DNA of 42,880 nt from a virus. Lineage: Duplodnaviria > Caudoviricetes. The stretch spans positions 1-42,880 of IMG/VR virus record IMGVR_UViG_3300032280_000880, one strand, 5' to 3'. Within the stretch, counting starts at the first letter, position 1. The number at the start of each line of letters is the position of its first letter. Under the pieces are notes generated by a model. The model had not been told where the DNA came from. It saw only the letters and a program-made list of their open reading frames with translations, and did no database searches. Of this stretch, positions 42,141 through 42,880 are shown piece by piece. The translations under genes were made by a program, and so were the position numbers.

Positions 42141-42880
42141 TTATGGTCGAGGTGGTTTAGGGAAAAGGATACCGTTGCCGGTGTTCACAGCTTGACGCAC
42201 TGCACCTGGCAACTGTGCCTGCAACACTTGATTCTTCACTACATTTGCATCGTTGCGCACAATGTTGCTGAGCGGTGTTCGCTTGAGTGTGTTCTGCACA
42301 TTGACTGATTTCTGCACAGCACCAATCACGTTCTGTAAACCACCGCGACCACTCATGATAGCTTCAAGATCTTCATAGATGCCCACGCCAGCATCCATCA
42401 ATCCGCCCTGTCCCAGCACAGTGGCTTGACTACCCGGACGAGCTAGTGCGCTGAGTGTTTGATCGTAGCGGTTGGGATCAGCAAAGCCTGTGACATTGGT
42501 GTCAGGCCTTGACTTGCCAATGGCACCCGAATAGTATTTTACTGTTTCATAGCGAATGGTCATGGTGTGAGACATGGTACCATTGCCTGAACTGTATTCA
42601 TAGGGTTCAGATGACCAGTCAGTGATCATGGGATTGATCAACACATAGGCTGCAAACTTGTGCTGGTTCAAGCCGTAGATCTTGATGTCGTTGAAGTAGG
42701 GCGGCTTGCCCGAAGTGTTGATGCCGGTGCTGTTGGCCGGTGTGCCATCGGCAGCACTTTCACCAATGTAACCCCAATCAGCCACTGGTCGATTACCAGC
42801 ATAGATGTCACTGGTGTTGTAGCCAAAGCCTGCTGGTGTGTTGTTCAAGTTGCCGCTGGTGCCATTGGTGTTGGCCACAC
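42141..42880 (-). CDS. Tail-tube-fold (gp19/gp48/gp54-like) protein, C-terminal part, truncated by window edge
   Basis: IKIY....YVLINPMITDW....Y.Y......TMTIRYE strand pattern; the frame is open to the window end. Confidence 0.55.
   Translation of the reverse strand, partial: VANTNGTSGNLNNTPAGFGYNTSDIYAGNRPVADWGYIGESAADGTPANSTGINTSGKPPYFNDIKIYGLNQHKFAAYVLINPMITDWSSEPYEYSSGNGTMSHTMTIRYETVKYYSGAIGKSRPDTNVTGFADPNRYDQTLSALARPGSQATVLGQGGLMDAGVGIYEDLEAIMSGRGGLQNVIGAVQKSVNVQNTLKRTPLSNIVRNDANVVKNQVLQAQLPGAVRQAVNTGNGILFPKPPRP

Noticed and set aside
1-42880. Alternative genetic code or stop-codon reassignment
   Set aside because: Core genes translate full length with the standard code and coding density is high.

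Overview
The window is part of a large T4-like (Tevenvirinae-related) myophage genome. No host or rRNA genes are present, and no tRNA or CRISPR array was seen. Most genes lie on the minus strand. From left to right it contains: (1) a replication/recombination block (gp41-like helicase fragment, primase, a very small DnaE-like protein, gp62-like protein, UvsW, AAA ATPase, UvsY, UvsX, gp32) interrupted by a roughly 6.4 kb glycosyltransferase/methyltransferase island; (2) the terminase large subunit, a radical SAM enzyme and a secreted NucA-type nuclease; (3) a roughly 8.3 kb plus-strand island (27.2-35.5 kb); (4) head-associated genes (probable internal proteins with capsid-targeting-like N-termini, a gp16-like protein, a free-standing HNH homing endonuclease, gp4, and a tail-tube-like fragment). 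The plus-strand island is the most unusual part. A GerE/LuxR-type regulator with a pseudo-receiver domain is followed by two hendecad coiled-coil paralogs that share an upstream DNA motif, two Gly/Tyr/Trp-rich microproteins, three proteins sharing an N-terminal MYKK[VI]T...EEH tag (one with a HiPIP-like Cys motif), collagen/BclA-like fibre proteins and a papain-like protease. Together these resemble a phage-encoded spore-coat/exosporium-like assembly system, which is an inference. All family assignments come from motif recognition by eye; no database searches were run.
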